Origin: Gammaproteobacteria bacterium
Lineage (GTDB): Bacteria > Pseudomonadota > Gammaproteobacteria > JAJFKG01
Assembly (NCBI GenBank): GCA_021773335.1
Contig: JAJFKG010000006.1
Location: 99,409 to 163,408 of the forward strand
DNA: 64,000 nucleotides
Direction of reading: 5' to 3'
The translations under genes and the position numbers were made by a program. Below are positions 10,064 to 20,304 of the stretch, piece after piece; the first letter of the stretch is position 1, and each line of letters begins with the position of its first letter. The notes beneath the pieces are model-generated. The model was not told where the DNA came from. It saw nothing but the letters and a program-made list of their open reading frames with translations, and searched no databases.

Positions 10064-11212
10064 ATGAATATCCAAGAACTCCTCGCCAACATGCGCCAAG
10101 CAGATGCCTCTGACTTATACCTCAGTCACGATGCCCCTCCTAGCATGAAGGTCAACGGCGTGATGCAAACGATTAATGACACCGTTATCACTGGCGAGCA
10201 AATCAAACAAATCGCCTATAGCATTATGAATGAAAAGCAAATTGCAGCATTCGAACAACGCCCCGAAATGAATCTCGCAATTAACGACGCCGATGGTGAG
10301 CGCTTTCGAGTTAATATTTTTAAACAAAAAGATCAGATTGCAATTGTGGCACGTTACGTCAAGTCAGAAATCCCTGATTATAAAGTGTTGGGTTTGCCAG
10401 AGGTGCTGACCACACTTGTGATGAAAAAGCGCGGTCTGATTTTAGTCGTTGGCGCAACCGGATCAGGTAAGTCAACGACGCTTGCCTCTTTGATTGACTT
10501 CCGCAATGCACAGAGTGCGGGACATATTATCACGGTTGAAGATCCGGTTGAGTTTGTTTATCCACATAGAAAATCTATCGTCAATCAACGTGAATTAGGC
10601 GTGGACACACAAAGTTATGATGATGCTTTAAAAAATACTTTGCGCCAAGCACCCGATGTCATTTTAATCGGTGAAATTCGTACGCGTGAAACCATGGAAC
10701 ATGCCATTGCTTTTGCTGAAACAGGTCATTTATGTCTATCGACACTGCATGCAAATAATGCCAATCAAACACTAGATCGGATTATTAACTTTTTTCCAGA
10801 AGATCGTCGGCAACAATTATTGCTTGATTTATCACTCAACTTGCGTGCGATCCTGTCTCAACGCTTAATTCCTACGTTAGATGGCAAGCGCACACTCGCT
10901 TTAGAAGTCATGCTGGTAACACCTCATATTAGCAACTTAATTCGCCGCGGTGAAGTACATGAAATTCGTGATGCGATGGAAAAATCACAAGAAGACGGTA
11001 TGCAAACTTTCGATGCACATATTATTCATTTGTGTCAAGCAGGTATGATTTCCGAAGAAGAAGCATTACGCAATGCAGACTCGCCTAACAACGTGCGCTT
11101 AAAACTGTCTCTGCAACAAAATGGTAAATCTAATGATAAAGTTAAACTATCAATGCAAGGCGGTGGCGACAAAAAAGAGGACTTGCTAGATTTTGTCAAT
11201 AGAAAAAAATAA
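10064..11212 (+). CDS. type IV pilus retraction ATPase, PilT/PilU family (382 aa, PilU-like length)
   Basis: Walker A motif GATGSGKSTT and conserved PilT-family blocks (IITVEDPVEF, ILIGEIRTRETMEHA). It stands alone, with no adjacent pilT paralog. Confidence 0.85.
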   Translation: MNIQELLANMRQADASDLYLSHDAPPSMKVNGVMQTINDTVITGEQIKQIAYSIMNEKQIAAFEQRPEMNLAINDADGERFRVNIFKQKDQIAIVARYVKSEIPDYKVLGLPEVLTTLVMKKRGLILVVGATGSGKSTTLASLIDFRNAQSAGHIITVEDPVEFVYPHRKSIVNQRELGVDTQSYDDALKNTLRQAPDVILIGEIRTRETMEHAIAFAETGHLCLSTLHANNANQTLDRIINFFPEDRRQQLLLDLSLNLRAILSQRLIPTLDGKRTLALEVMLVTPHISNLIRRGEVHEIRDAMEKSQEDGMQTFDAHIIHLCQAGMISEEEALRNADSPNNVRLKLSLQQNGKSNDKVKLSMQGGGDKKEDLLDFVNRKK

Positions 11213-11341
11213 GCCGTACTCCACTTAGCGCACTGCTAGCATTGCCATCCTAAGCTAGTGTCTCTCCACGAATAGGTACATGAACGTATTCGGACAAGAT
11301 AAAGCCTACACCAGTATCGACATTATGTTATATTGGCATGC

Positions 11342-11962
11342 ATGAATGAGAGCTCTCTACAAAAAATTGTCCTGGCAAGCAGTAACCCCGGTAAAGCACA
11401 TGAGATCCAAGCGGTATTGGCAGAGATGCCTATTGCGTTAATCTCGCAAACAGAATTTAACGTACCCGATGCGGAAGAAACTGGACTCACCTTTATTGAA
11501 AATGCCATTATTAAAGCCCGGCATGCTGCGGAGCTAACGGGCTTGCCTGCACTAGCGGATGACTCTGGGATTGCCGTCGATTACCTTGATGGTGCACCGG
11601 GGATTTATTCTGCCCGCTATGCTGGCCCTAACGCTGATATGCATGCCAACACCGCTAAACTCTTACGCGTATTAGCTAATGTGCCTGAAGAACAACGCGA
11701 TGCGCAATTTATTTGTGTCACGGTCTTACTCAAACATGCAGCCGATCCAACGCCGTTGATTTGCCAAGGCCGTTGGCATGGACGCATTATGTTTAAGCAC
11801 GCTGGTACAAATGGTTTTGGTTACGATCCGATTTTCTATGTTCCTAGCCATGCATGCAGTGCTGCACAATTAACCTCTGACGTAAAAAATAAAATCAGTC
11901 ATCGTGGCCAAGCGCTACAACAATTGAAAAATGCATTGCGCAAACAATTACACCGCGGATAG
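11342..11962 (+). CDS. rdgB: non-canonical purine NTP pyrophosphatase (dITP/XTP pyrophosphatase, Ham1 family)
   Basis: KIVLASSNPGKAHEIQAVL...ADDSGIAVDYLDGAPGIYSARYAG matches E. coli RdgB. Confidence 0.9.
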   Translation: MNESSLQKIVLASSNPGKAHEIQAVLAEMPIALISQTEFNVPDAEETGLTFIENAIIKARHAAELTGLPALADDSGIAVDYLDGAPGIYSARYAGPNADMHANTAKLLRVLANVPEEQRDAQFICVTVLLKHAADPTPLICQGRWHGRIMFKHAGTNGFGYDPIFYVPSHACSAAQLTSDVKNKISHRGQALQQLKNALRKQLHRG

Positions 11963-11995
11963 AGGTAGCTTACTGTCTCTGCGTCAAGCTCATAT

Positions 11996-12250
11996 GTAGC
12001 CTTGATAAGCGCGGGACGCGCGTCATCCGGGGAGGGTGTTTGCGATTGCGGTTCCCGGATGACGTTGCTGCGCAACTTATCCGGGCTACATCTGGCCTTG
12101 ACGCAGAAGCCGTAGCCTTGATAAGCCGCGTAGCGGCGCATCAAGGAGCAGCGTTTGCGAATACATTCCCTTGATGCGCGCCTTCGGCGCTTATCAAGGC
12201 TACATTAGCATTTGTTCATACGTAAGCCGTAGCCCGGATAAGCGCGATAC
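11996..12250. repeat. cluster of about 5 REP-like palindromic units in alternating orientation (unit roughly CCTTGATGCGCNGC...GCGCTTATCAAGGCTAC)
   Basis: Read directly from the sequence. The units lie at 11996-12030, 12050-12090, 12111-12146, 12168-12203 and 12226-12250. Each has a GC-rich inverted repeat ending in GGCTAC or GCTAC. They closely resemble E. coli REP (GCCGGATGCGGCG...CGCCTTATCCGGCCTAC). Confidence 0.8.
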
Positions 12251-12370
12251 CTCATCATCTCTTTAACAACAGTTGAACTGACTTATGGGGCGTTAATGTC
12301 TCAGCATAGTAGAATTGTCTCCCCACCCTAGTATATACTGCGCCCCAAAATCACCACCCACAGGATCTCC

Positions 12371-13636
12371 ATGGATCACAGTACATTATTTATTCTCCTC
12401 GCATGTCTGTTTGGGCTTCTCATGACATGGGGTGTCGGCGCTAACGATTTAGCCAATGTCATGAGTACCACGATGGGTTCTAAGGCGATTAGTGTACGCC
12501 AAGCCATCATCATTGCGATTATCTTTGAATTTGCGGGTGCATTTCTTGCTGGCGGTCAAGTCACCAGCACTATTCGTAGTGGCATTATTGACACTAGCAG
12601 TCTCGCTAACCAACCCAACTTACTCGTGTATGGCATGTTAGCCGTCTTACTTGCGGGTAGTAGTTGGATGGCCTTAGCAAGCTATTTTGGCTTACCTGTA
12701 TCAATTACGCACACCATTATTGGCTCAATCGTTGGTTTTGGCTTGATGGTGGCAGGGATCCATGGTGTGCAATGGCATATGGTTTTGCCCATTGCATTGA
12801 GCTGGCTTACTTCCCCTTTTATTGCGGGTATCTTTGGTTTTTTACTTTTTTTAAGCGTACAGCGCTTAGTATTAATTAGTGCCCATCCTCTACGTAATGC
12901 CAAACGTTATGTCCCAGTGTGTATGTTTGTGATTTGCTTTATCTTGTCCTCAGATGCTGTTTTACGGGGCATACACCATATAACAACGGTGAATGTTTCA
13001 GATGGTCTGGGAGTTCTGCTGGCACTAATTATTGCCATCTTACTAACGATTATTGGCACGGTTGTCACTTCACGCATTAAGTTGCCTGCCGATAGCAACC
13101 GTAAAACGCAATTTTATTATGTTGAAAAAGTCTTTAGCGTGTTGATGCTCTTCACTGCCGCCGCCATGGTGTTTGCCCACGGCTCAAATGATGTGGCCAA
13201 TGCGGTTGGGCCAATGGCCGTCGTTGTCACTATGGCTCAAAGCGGAGAAAAAGCCATCTCGCAGGCAAGTGCATTACCACTATGGATTTTATTTTTAGGC
13301 TGTTCCGGCGTTGTGATTGGCTTGCTTATGTATGGCAAGAAAGTCATTACTACGGTTGGTAGCAGTATTACTGCCTTAACGCCAAGTCGTGCTTTTGCGG
13401 CCACATTTGCTGCTGCATTGACAGTCGTTGCCGCAACCGCTACAGGCATACCTGTTTCAGCAACCCAAACCCTAGTCGGGGGTGTCCTAGGCGTGGGTTT
13501 AGCGCGAGGCATAGGCGCGCTTAATTTGTATGTCATTCGCAATATTTTTATGTCTTGGATCATCACAATACCTGCTGGTGCCATCCTCACTATTATTTAT
13601 TTTAATTTATTCAAACACTTATTTGCCAGTTTATAA
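12371..13636 (+). CDS. pitA: inorganic phosphate transporter, PiT family
   Basis: 421 aa with the duplicated GANDVAN signature (GVGANDLANVMST...GSNDVANAVGP). Confidence 0.9.
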   Translation: MDHSTLFILLACLFGLLMTWGVGANDLANVMSTTMGSKAISVRQAIIIAIIFEFAGAFLAGGQVTSTIRSGIIDTSSLANQPNLLVYGMLAVLLAGSSWMALASYFGLPVSITHTIIGSIVGFGLMVAGIHGVQWHMVLPIALSWLTSPFIAGIFGFLLFLSVQRLVLISAHPLRNAKRYVPVCMFVICFILSSDAVLRGIHHITTVNVSDGLGVLLALIIAILLTIIGTVVTSRIKLPADSNRKTQFYYVEKVFSVLMLFTAAAMVFAHGSNDVANAVGPMAVVVTMAQSGEKAISQASALPLWILFLGCSGVVIGLLMYGKKVITTVGSSITALTPSRAFAATFAAALTVVAATATGIPVSATQTLVGGVLGVGLARGIGALNLYVIRNIFMSWIITIPAGAILTIIYFNLFKHLFASL

Positions 13637-13909
13637 AAACTGGCAGACTAAGCCGTCAAAACTTTTTTGAACCAAGCCATGCTTTTGGCGTCTAACTAAA
13701 TAACGGGACCTTAGAATGTCGTTTTAATTAGGAGTTGGGTGCCATAGAGTCTTGCTGACTTGTGGTCCAACTGATTGATGAAATAGCCAACTAACACAAT
13801 CTGAGGTCCCCTTTTTTATTAACACCGCTTCTATTTGGCAGTGTCGGTAAAATACCTAATTAAGGACTGAGTAATAAAGCATATACTATTGCTTAGGAAT
13901 GGCTACACT

Positions 13910-14479
13910 ATGACATTGCAAGATCCCATATACTTACAAAATCAATTTTTAATTGCCATGCCCAATTTAGCGGACCCACAATTCACGGATACTGTCACTT
14001 ACATTTGTGATCACAGTGAAGAAGGAGCTATGGGCATCGTCATCAACCATTCTATGGACATCTTATTGGGCGAAATTCTCGAACAAATGGGCATTACTGT
14101 CTCTGAACCAAGCATTAAAAATCAACGCATACATTATGGTGGCCCAGTACAACGCGAACGCGGATTTATTCTTCATCGACCAGGCAAAGAATGGCATTCT
14201 TCCATCAATCTAGCCGAAGATATTGCAATTACAACCTCGCGCGATATACTTGAGTCAATTGCGCAAGGCTCTGGCCCCAAGGAAGCGGTTGTGTTTCTTG
14301 GTTATGCAGGCTGGGAGCCAGGCCAACTCGAAGAAGAGATCGCGGAAAATATCTGGCTCAGTGGGCCTGCCGATTCAGCTGTACTCTTTGAAACCCCTTG
14401 CCATAAGCGCCGCGATGCAGCTGCAAAGCTAATCGGGGTGGACTTAGAACGCTTATTAAGCGATGCTGGACATGCCTGA
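13910..14479 (+). CDS. yqgE: YqgE/AlgH family protein (UPF0301)
   Basis: FLIAMPNLADPQFTDTVTYICDHSEEGAMGIVINH...GYAGWEPGQLEEEI...KLIGVD aligns along its full length with E. coli YqgE. Confidence 0.9.
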   Translation: MTLQDPIYLQNQFLIAMPNLADPQFTDTVTYICDHSEEGAMGIVINHSMDILLGEILEQMGITVSEPSIKNQRIHYGGPVQRERGFILHRPGKEWHSSINLAEDIAITTSRDILESIAQGSGPKEAVVFLGYAGWEPGQLEEEIAENIWLSGPADSAVLFETPCHKRRDAAAKLIGVDLERLLSDAGHA

Positions 14480-14942
14480 TAACGAAAATCAAAATACGCT
14501 TAACGATACATCAGACCATACTAAACCACCCCAGATCTTGATGGCTTTTGACTTTGGTATGAAGCGCATTGGTACTGCTATCGGCCAGACCGTCACTCAG
14601 TCAGCCAAGCCTCTCGAAAATATACCTGCGCGCGACGGCATTCCTGATTGGGAAAAACTAGACAAACTAATTAAAGTCTGGGAACCTAGTGTTTTTATCG
14701 TAGGCCTACCATTAAATATGGACGGCAGTGAGCAAGAAATAACACTTGCAGTTAAGCGCTTTGGCAAACGCCTTAGCGCACGTTACCAGTTACCAACGCA
14801 TTTCAATGACGAACGCATGTCCTCACTAGAAGCTCGCGAACACCTTTTTGCTGACGGTGGCTATCGTGCTCTGCAAAATAATGACATCGATAGCGTTGCG
14901 GCTAAATTAATTTTAGAAAGTTGGATGCGAAATAAATCTTAA
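14472..14942 (+). CDS. yqgF: Holliday-junction-resolvase-like putative pre-16S rRNA nuclease YqgF/RuvX
   Basis: MAFDFGMKRIGTAIGQ...IVGLPLNMDGSEQ...ALQNNDIDSVAAKLILESW matches E. coli YqgF. The start may be the ATG that overlaps the yqgE stop (ATGCCTGA at 14472), or the internal M at 14541. Confidence 0.85.
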   Translation: MPDNENQNTLNDTSDHTKPPQILMAFDFGMKRIGTAIGQTVTQSAKPLENIPARDGIPDWEKLDKLIKVWEPSVFIVGLPLNMDGSEQEITLAVKRFGKRLSARYQLPTHFNDERMSSLEAREHLFADGGYRALQNNDIDSVAAKLILESWMRNKS

Positions 14943-14961
14943 TTATTAAGGAAATAGCCTA

Positions 14962-15891
14962 ATGCCCACTCCACATAAACATTTTTTACAAATCGAAGGG
15001 ATGACGCAGAAAAAACTCGTTGAGCTGCTCGATCAGGCACAGGCATTCATTGATCCAAAAACCTTTAAAGTAAAGCGCCCCCCTTTACTCAAAGACAAAA
15101 TCGTCGCTAATCTTTTTTTTGAAAATAGTACGCGCACACGCTGCTCATTTGAAATTGCCGCTAAACAGTTAAGCGCAGACGTTATCAACTTTGCCGTTGA
15201 CACTTCTTCCACACACAAGGGTGAAAGTGTACTGGATACCGTCAGAAACCTTGCAGCAATGGGCGTTGATATCTTTGTTATTAGGCACAGTGAACCTGGC
15301 AGCGTCGCTAAAATCGCAAAGGCGATGCAAAATGGTTTTGCCGTATTAAATGCTGGTGATGGTAACCACGCACATCCCAGTCAAGCACTGCTAGACATGT
15401 TGACTATTCGTCAATGTAAAGCTGATTTTTCTCAGCTACGCGTAGCAATTGTCGGTGATATATTACATTCACGGGTTGCACGCTCACAGATTCAAGCACT
15501 TAAAATTCTCGGTGTGCAAGCAATACATGCTATCGGTCCAGAGGCCTTATTACCCGACAGCTTATCCAAACAAGGTGTCAAATGCTTTACTAAACTTAGC
15601 GCCGGACTTGATGGTTGTGATGCTGTTATTGCTTTGCGCATACAAAAGGAGCGCTTTAGCGATTTATTGCAAAGCGAACTTAGCAGCGATCATGAATATT
15701 TCATACATTACGGACTGCATAAAGACACCGTTAAATTTGCCAAACCCGATGCCATTATTATGCATCCGGGTCCCATCAACCGCGGCATTGAAATCGACTC
15801 TGACCTTGCCGATGGTGCACAATCGGTAATCCTCAAACAGGTCAGAAATGGGGTCGCCGTGAGAATGGCTTTGCTTGCTAATGCCATCTGA
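14962..15891 (+). CDS. pyrB: aspartate carbamoyltransferase catalytic subunit
   Basis: STRTRCSFE carbamoyl-phosphate-binding motif and HPGPINRG. It is 309 aa and no pyrI follows. Confidence 0.95.
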   Translation: MPTPHKHFLQIEGMTQKKLVELLDQAQAFIDPKTFKVKRPPLLKDKIVANLFFENSTRTRCSFEIAAKQLSADVINFAVDTSSTHKGESVLDTVRNLAAMGVDIFVIRHSEPGSVAKIAKAMQNGFAVLNAGDGNHAHPSQALLDMLTIRQCKADFSQLRVAIVGDILHSRVARSQIQALKILGVQAIHAIGPEALLPDSLSKQGVKCFTKLSAGLDGCDAVIALRIQKERFSDLLQSELSSDHEYFIHYGLHKDTVKFAKPDAIIMHPGPINRGIEIDSDLADGAQSVILKQVRNGVAVRMALLANAI

Positions 15892-16028
15892 AAAATTGTC
15901 TGCACATTGAACAGACAAGTATGATATACTGGCGCGTCTTTTTTGGCATGGTGCGGAACGCCTAAACAAAATTTCCACAAAAACAAATAATTATACTAAA
16001 GCTACCGCATAACCTCATAATATAATCT

Positions 16029-17378
16029 GTGTCAACTTTGGAGAGTCAGCACTCCGTGTACGCAATGGAACAAACGCATTCACCTTCACAATCAAAACTC
16101 TTGCCCTGGGTTGTGGTTTTAACCGCGACACTTTTTTTCTTCTATGAATTTGTCCTTATGAATATGTTCAATGCCATCGATGGTGGCTTGGCCAGAACCT
16201 TTTCCGTCGATGCAACTAAGCTTGGATACTTATCTGCCAGCTACTTTTACGCCGATGTTATTTTCCTATTTCCCGCTGGCCTACTACTCGATCGCTTTTC
16301 AACTCGCAAACTCATCTTAGTCTCGATGGGGTTGTGTGTCGGTGCCACCGTTGGTTTTGCCTTATCACCGTTTTTTTGGATGGCAGTTAGCTTTCGCTTC
16401 TTGAGCGGTATAGGCAACGCCTTCGCCTTTGTTAGCAGTTTACGCTTAGCCGCACGTTGGTTCGAACCTCGCCACCTGGCGCTCGTGACCGGCGTTATTG
16501 TCACATTCTCTATGTTGGGTGGCGTTATTGCTCAAACCCCACTAACAGTTGCTGCGCACGCTTTAGGTTGGCGCCACGCCATTTTGGTTACCGCGGCTAT
16601 TGGTTTTCTTTTTATACTTTTGATTTGGCGCAATGTAAAAGATTATCCGAAAGGCTTTGAACAACAGTATGTGCGGGAACAACAAGACTTACACTCAATG
16701 GGCGTACTCCGCACGATCAGATTAGCTATTCGTAACCGTCAAAATTGGTGTGCTGGCATATACACTTGTTTCCTCAATTTACCAGTCGCCTTATTCGGTT
16801 CAGTGTGGGGCATACCCTATCTCGTACAAGCACACGGCTACAACATCACACAAGCTTCATATGTTACATCCATGGTATTTGCGGGCACGATTGTAGGTTC
16901 TCCCTTAGTCGGATGGTTTTCAGATTACATAGGGCGGCGGCGTTTGCCTATGTTTCTCGGTGGTATTATATCATTGGCCATAATATTGATAATCATGTAT
17001 ATGCCTAATTTAGATTTATGGTCATTGATTATTTTGTTTTTTGCGATTGGTCTTACCACAAGTTCACAAGTTATCGCTTATCCAATGATTACCGAAAGCA
17101 ATCCATCCGTACTCACTGGGGGTGCGCTGGGTTTTGGCTCTATGCTAATTATGAGTGGTTATGCTATTTTTCAACCTGTTTTTGGCAAGATGATGGACCT
17201 TTATTGGGATGGAAAAATTGTCAACCATATTCCTGTTTATTCTCCATCGGATTATCGCTTCGCACTTTGGATTATGCCTATCGGCTTTATTCTCGGTTTA
17301 GTCGCCGTACTCTTAACGCGTGAAACTCATTGCCAACCGTTAGCGCATTTGGCAGCAACTAACATGGACGAAAAATAA
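16029..17378 (+). CDS. MFS transporter, Pht (phagosomal transporter)-like subfamily, copy 1
   Basis: 12-TM MFS protein with the N-terminal FFFYEF...LGYLSASYFYAD...LDRFSTRKL block. It is paralogous to the next gene and to 24115..25374. Confidence 0.85.
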   Translation: MSTLESQHSVYAMEQTHSPSQSKLLPWVVVLTATLFFFYEFVLMNMFNAIDGGLARTFSVDATKLGYLSASYFYADVIFLFPAGLLLDRFSTRKLILVSMGLCVGATVGFALSPFFWMAVSFRFLSGIGNAFAFVSSLRLAARWFEPRHLALVTGVIVTFSMLGGVIAQTPLTVAAHALGWRHAILVTAAIGFLFILLIWRNVKDYPKGFEQQYVREQQDLHSMGVLRTIRLAIRNRQNWCAGIYTCFLNLPVALFGSVWGIPYLVQAHGYNITQASYVTSMVFAGTIVGSPLVGWFSDYIGRRRLPMFLGGIISLAIILIIMYMPNLDLWSLIILFFAIGLTTSSQVIAYPMITESNPSVLTGGALGFGSMLIMSGYAIFQPVFGKMMDLYWDGKIVNHIPVYSPSDYRFALWIMPIGFILGLVAVLLTRETHCQPLAHLAATNMDEK

Positions 17379-17380
17379 CA

Positions 17381-18700
17381 ATGATCGCCATTGAAAATAC
17401 AGCAACTCCAACGATGCAAACCGCATCATTCTCTCGTTTTAAGCCTTGGTTAATCTGTATTACTGCATCACTATTCTTCTTTTATGAATTTGTGCAACTC
17501 AATATGTTTAATGCCCTTGATACAGGTCTGATGCAAAGCTTTTCTGTTAACGCTACTGAACTAGGCAAACTATCGGCTAGCTATTTTATCGCTAATATTA
17601 TCTTCCTATTACCCGCAGGTATGCTATTGGATCGCATCTCAGCTCGTAAGCTTATTTTAACCACCATGATCATATGCGTCGGTGGGACATATATGTTTGC
17701 CTTGTCAACATCATTGCACATGGCAGAAATCGCTCGTTTTCTCACTGGTATTGGTAGTGCTTTTTGCTTCTTAAGCGTTATCCGTTTGGCCTCGCGTTGG
17801 TTACCCGCACGTCGCATGGCTTTAGCAAGTGGATTTATTGTGACAATGGGCATGCTGGGTGGCATGGTGGCACAAACGCCGATGACACTGTTAGTCAACC
17901 ATATTGGCTGGCGACATGCCTTAATGCTGAACGCAACTGTTGGTCTCCTATTCTTGATATTGATCGCTATTATCGTGCGCGACTACCCAACAACCAGCAA
18001 ACTGCAAATGGAACGCCAACGCGCCGATGCGGTAGAAATCAAAAAAATCGGTTTTTGGAAAACTGTCAAACTAGCCTTTATAAATCGCCAAAATTGGCTA
18101 TGTGGTGTTTACACTAGCTTAATGAATCTGCCTATTTTTCTCCTCGGCGCCATTTGGGGAGCACCTTATTTAACGCAAGTTAGAAATTTTAGTACAACCC
18201 AAGCTTCATATGTTACAACGATGATATTTCTTGGCACAATACTCGGCTCACCAATGATCGGTTGGGTTTCAGATCGCATGGGCCTACGACGTAAGCCCAT
18301 GACGATTGGTGCTCTGGTTACCCTCGTCTTAGTATTAATGATTTTATATTTGCCGCAGCTAAGTCTTGGCAGTTTCATGTTATTATTCTTAGCAGTGGGC
18401 TTTTTCTCAAGCACTCAAGTTATCAGCTATCCAACAGTTGCCGAAAGTAATCCCCATTTTCTTACTGCAACCTCTGTGAGTATTGTTTCCATTTCATCGA
18501 TCTCCGGGGGTGCAATTTTTCAGCCTTTTTTTGGTTGGCTAATGGATCTAAATTGGGATGGCAAAATTAACGAAGGTATGCGCATCTACTCAACAAGTAA
18601 TTTCCATTTGGCATTGACGATATTACCTATCGCTTGTTTGATTAGTTTGCTAGCAGTTATATTTATCAAAGAAACATACTGCCGTGTAAAAGAAATGTGA
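17381..18700 (+). CDS. MFS transporter, Pht-like subfamily, copy 2 (tandem paralog)
   Basis: Clear paralog of 16029..17378 ([20 protein letters not shown]...[12 protein letters not shown]...LDRISARKL). It starts 3 nt after copy 1. Confidence 0.85.
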   Translation: MIAIENTATPTMQTASFSRFKPWLICITASLFFFYEFVQLNMFNALDTGLMQSFSVNATELGKLSASYFIANIIFLLPAGMLLDRISARKLILTTMIICVGGTYMFALSTSLHMAEIARFLTGIGSAFCFLSVIRLASRWLPARRMALASGFIVTMGMLGGMVAQTPMTLLVNHIGWRHALMLNATVGLLFLILIAIIVRDYPTTSKLQMERQRADAVEIKKIGFWKTVKLAFINRQNWLCGVYTSLMNLPIFLLGAIWGAPYLTQVRNFSTTQASYVTTMIFLGTILGSPMIGWVSDRMGLRRKPMTIGALVTLVLVLMILYLPQLSLGSFMLLFLAVGFFSSTQVISYPTVAESNPHFLTATSVSIVSISSISGGAIFQPFFGWLMDLNWDGKINEGMRIYSTSNFHLALTILPIACLISLLAVIFIKETYCRVKEM

Positions 18701-18710
18701 GCAGCAAGCG

Positions 18711-19958
18711 ATGAAACGTGTATTTATTCTATTATTTGACTCATTTGGAATTGGTGCTGCCGATGACGCAGCTAGTTTTGGTGACCAAGGAGCCGATACC
18801 TTCGGTCATATTGCCCAATGGTGCGCACAGGGTAAGGCAAATATTGCCAATAGCAAGCGCCATGGCGTGTTACAGATTCCAAACTTAGCAAAACTCGGCT
18901 TAATTGCCGCTGCTCAACAAAGTACAAACAAAACTATAGCTGGCTATGAAAATTATAATGGATCACTGAGTGGTGCCTATGGACATGCCCAGGAAAAAAG
19001 CTTAGGCAAAGATACACCCAGCGGACATTGGGAAATCGCCGGAGTACCCGTATTGTTTGAATGGGGGTATTTCCCACCTGAGTATCCAAGTTTTCCTGAA
19101 AAATTACTCACAGAGTTGATCACCCGTGGTGAACTACCCGGCGTATTAGGTAATAAGCATGCTTCTGGCACACAAATCATTGCTGACCTCGGTGAGGAGC
19201 ATATTCAAAGTGGCAAACCTATTGTTTATACCTCTGCTGATAGCGTGTTTCAAATTGCCGCACATGAAGAGCATTTCGGTCTACAACGCTTATATGATCT
19301 ATGTAATATCGCGCGTGAATTAGTCGATGAATATAACATAGGCCGCGTTATCGCACGCCCCTTTCTTGGTAAAGCAGGTAATTTTTACCGCACGGCAAAC
19401 CGTCGTGATTTAGCTACACCGCCACCACAGCCAACGTTGTTAGACTATCTAAAACAAGCACACCATGACGTTATTTCCATTGGCAAAGTAGCCGATATCT
19501 ACGCCCACCAGGGGATTACCCAAAAATTTAAGGGCGATGGCAATATGGCATTGTTTGATGCAACTTTACAGGTACAACAAGATGCACCTGACGGTAGTTT
19601 AGTCTTTACCAATTTTGTTGACTTTGATAGCGTCTATGGCCACCGCCGCAATGTTGCGGGTTATGCACAAGCTTTAGAGGAACTTGATAGTCGTCTTCCT
19701 GAATTTATAAAAAACATGCAAGATGGTGATATCGCTTTCATTACCGCTGATCATGGCTGCGATCCAACGTGGCCAGGCTCAGATCACACGCGCGAACATA
19801 TTCCGGTATTACTCTTTGGCCCAAGCATAAAATCCCAAAATTTAGGTGCGCGTACCAGTTTTGCCGATATTGGTCAGAGCATTGCAAGCTATTTTGGTTT
19901 GGAACCATTAGCAAGCGGAACGTCCTTCATTAATACTGAGAATGTGACGCATGGATAG
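18711..19958 (+). CDS. deoB: phosphopentomutase
   Basis: [20 protein letters not shown]... and the conserved alkaline-phosphatase-superfamily metal site ([19 protein letters not shown]). Confidence 0.9.
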   Translation: MKRVFILLFDSFGIGAADDAASFGDQGADTFGHIAQWCAQGKANIANSKRHGVLQIPNLAKLGLIAAAQQSTNKTIAGYENYNGSLSGAYGHAQEKSLGKDTPSGHWEIAGVPVLFEWGYFPPEYPSFPEKLLTELITRGELPGVLGNKHASGTQIIADLGEEHIQSGKPIVYTSADSVFQIAAHEEHFGLQRLYDLCNIARELVDEYNIGRVIARPFLGKAGNFYRTANRRDLATPPPQPTLLDYLKQAHHDVISIGKVADIYAHQGITQKFKGDGNMALFDATLQVQQDAPDGSLVFTNFVDFDSVYGHRRNVAGYAQALEELDSRLPEFIKNMQDGDIAFITADHGCDPTWPGSDHTREHIPVLLFGPSIKSQNLGARTSFADIGQSIASYFGLEPLASGTSFINTENVTHG

Positions 19959-20301
19959 CATTACGATACAGGGTTTAAAAATCGAAACTACTATTGGTGT
20001 GCATGACTGGGAACAAAAAATAAAACAAACGGTTATCCTTGACCTGACACTAGAGTGCGACATTCGTGCAGCTGCTCGCAGTGAACAACTGAGTGACACT
20101 TTTGATTATTTCGCAATTAGCGAAGCCATCACTGAATTTGTTAAACAGCACCCATTCAAACTTATTGAAAGTTTAGCCGAACAAATTTCTGAACTGTTGT
20201 TGACGCAGTTTTCCGTGACCGCACTACAGCTAACGGTTTGCAAACCCCACGCTATTAATAACGCCCAAAATATCGCAATATCCATTCAACGTCATAGGTA
20301 A
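19951..20301 (+). CDS. folB: dihydroneopterin aldolase
   Basis: 116 aa reading [22 protein letters not shown]..., the typical FolB N-terminus. It overlaps the deoB end by 8 nt. Confidence 0.85.
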   Translation: MDSITIQGLKIETTIGVHDWEQKIKQTVILDLTLECDIRAAARSEQLSDTFDYFAISEAITEFVKQHPFKLIESLAEQISELLLTQFSVTALQLTVCKPHAINNAQNIAISIQRHR

Positions 20302-20304
20302 ATC

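Noticed and set aside
16455-16470. tRNA-like GGTTCGAACCT motif
   Set aside because: It lies inside the MFS transporter coding frame. No acceptor or anticodon arm pairing is possible around it. It is a coincidence of the codons R-W-F-E-P-R.
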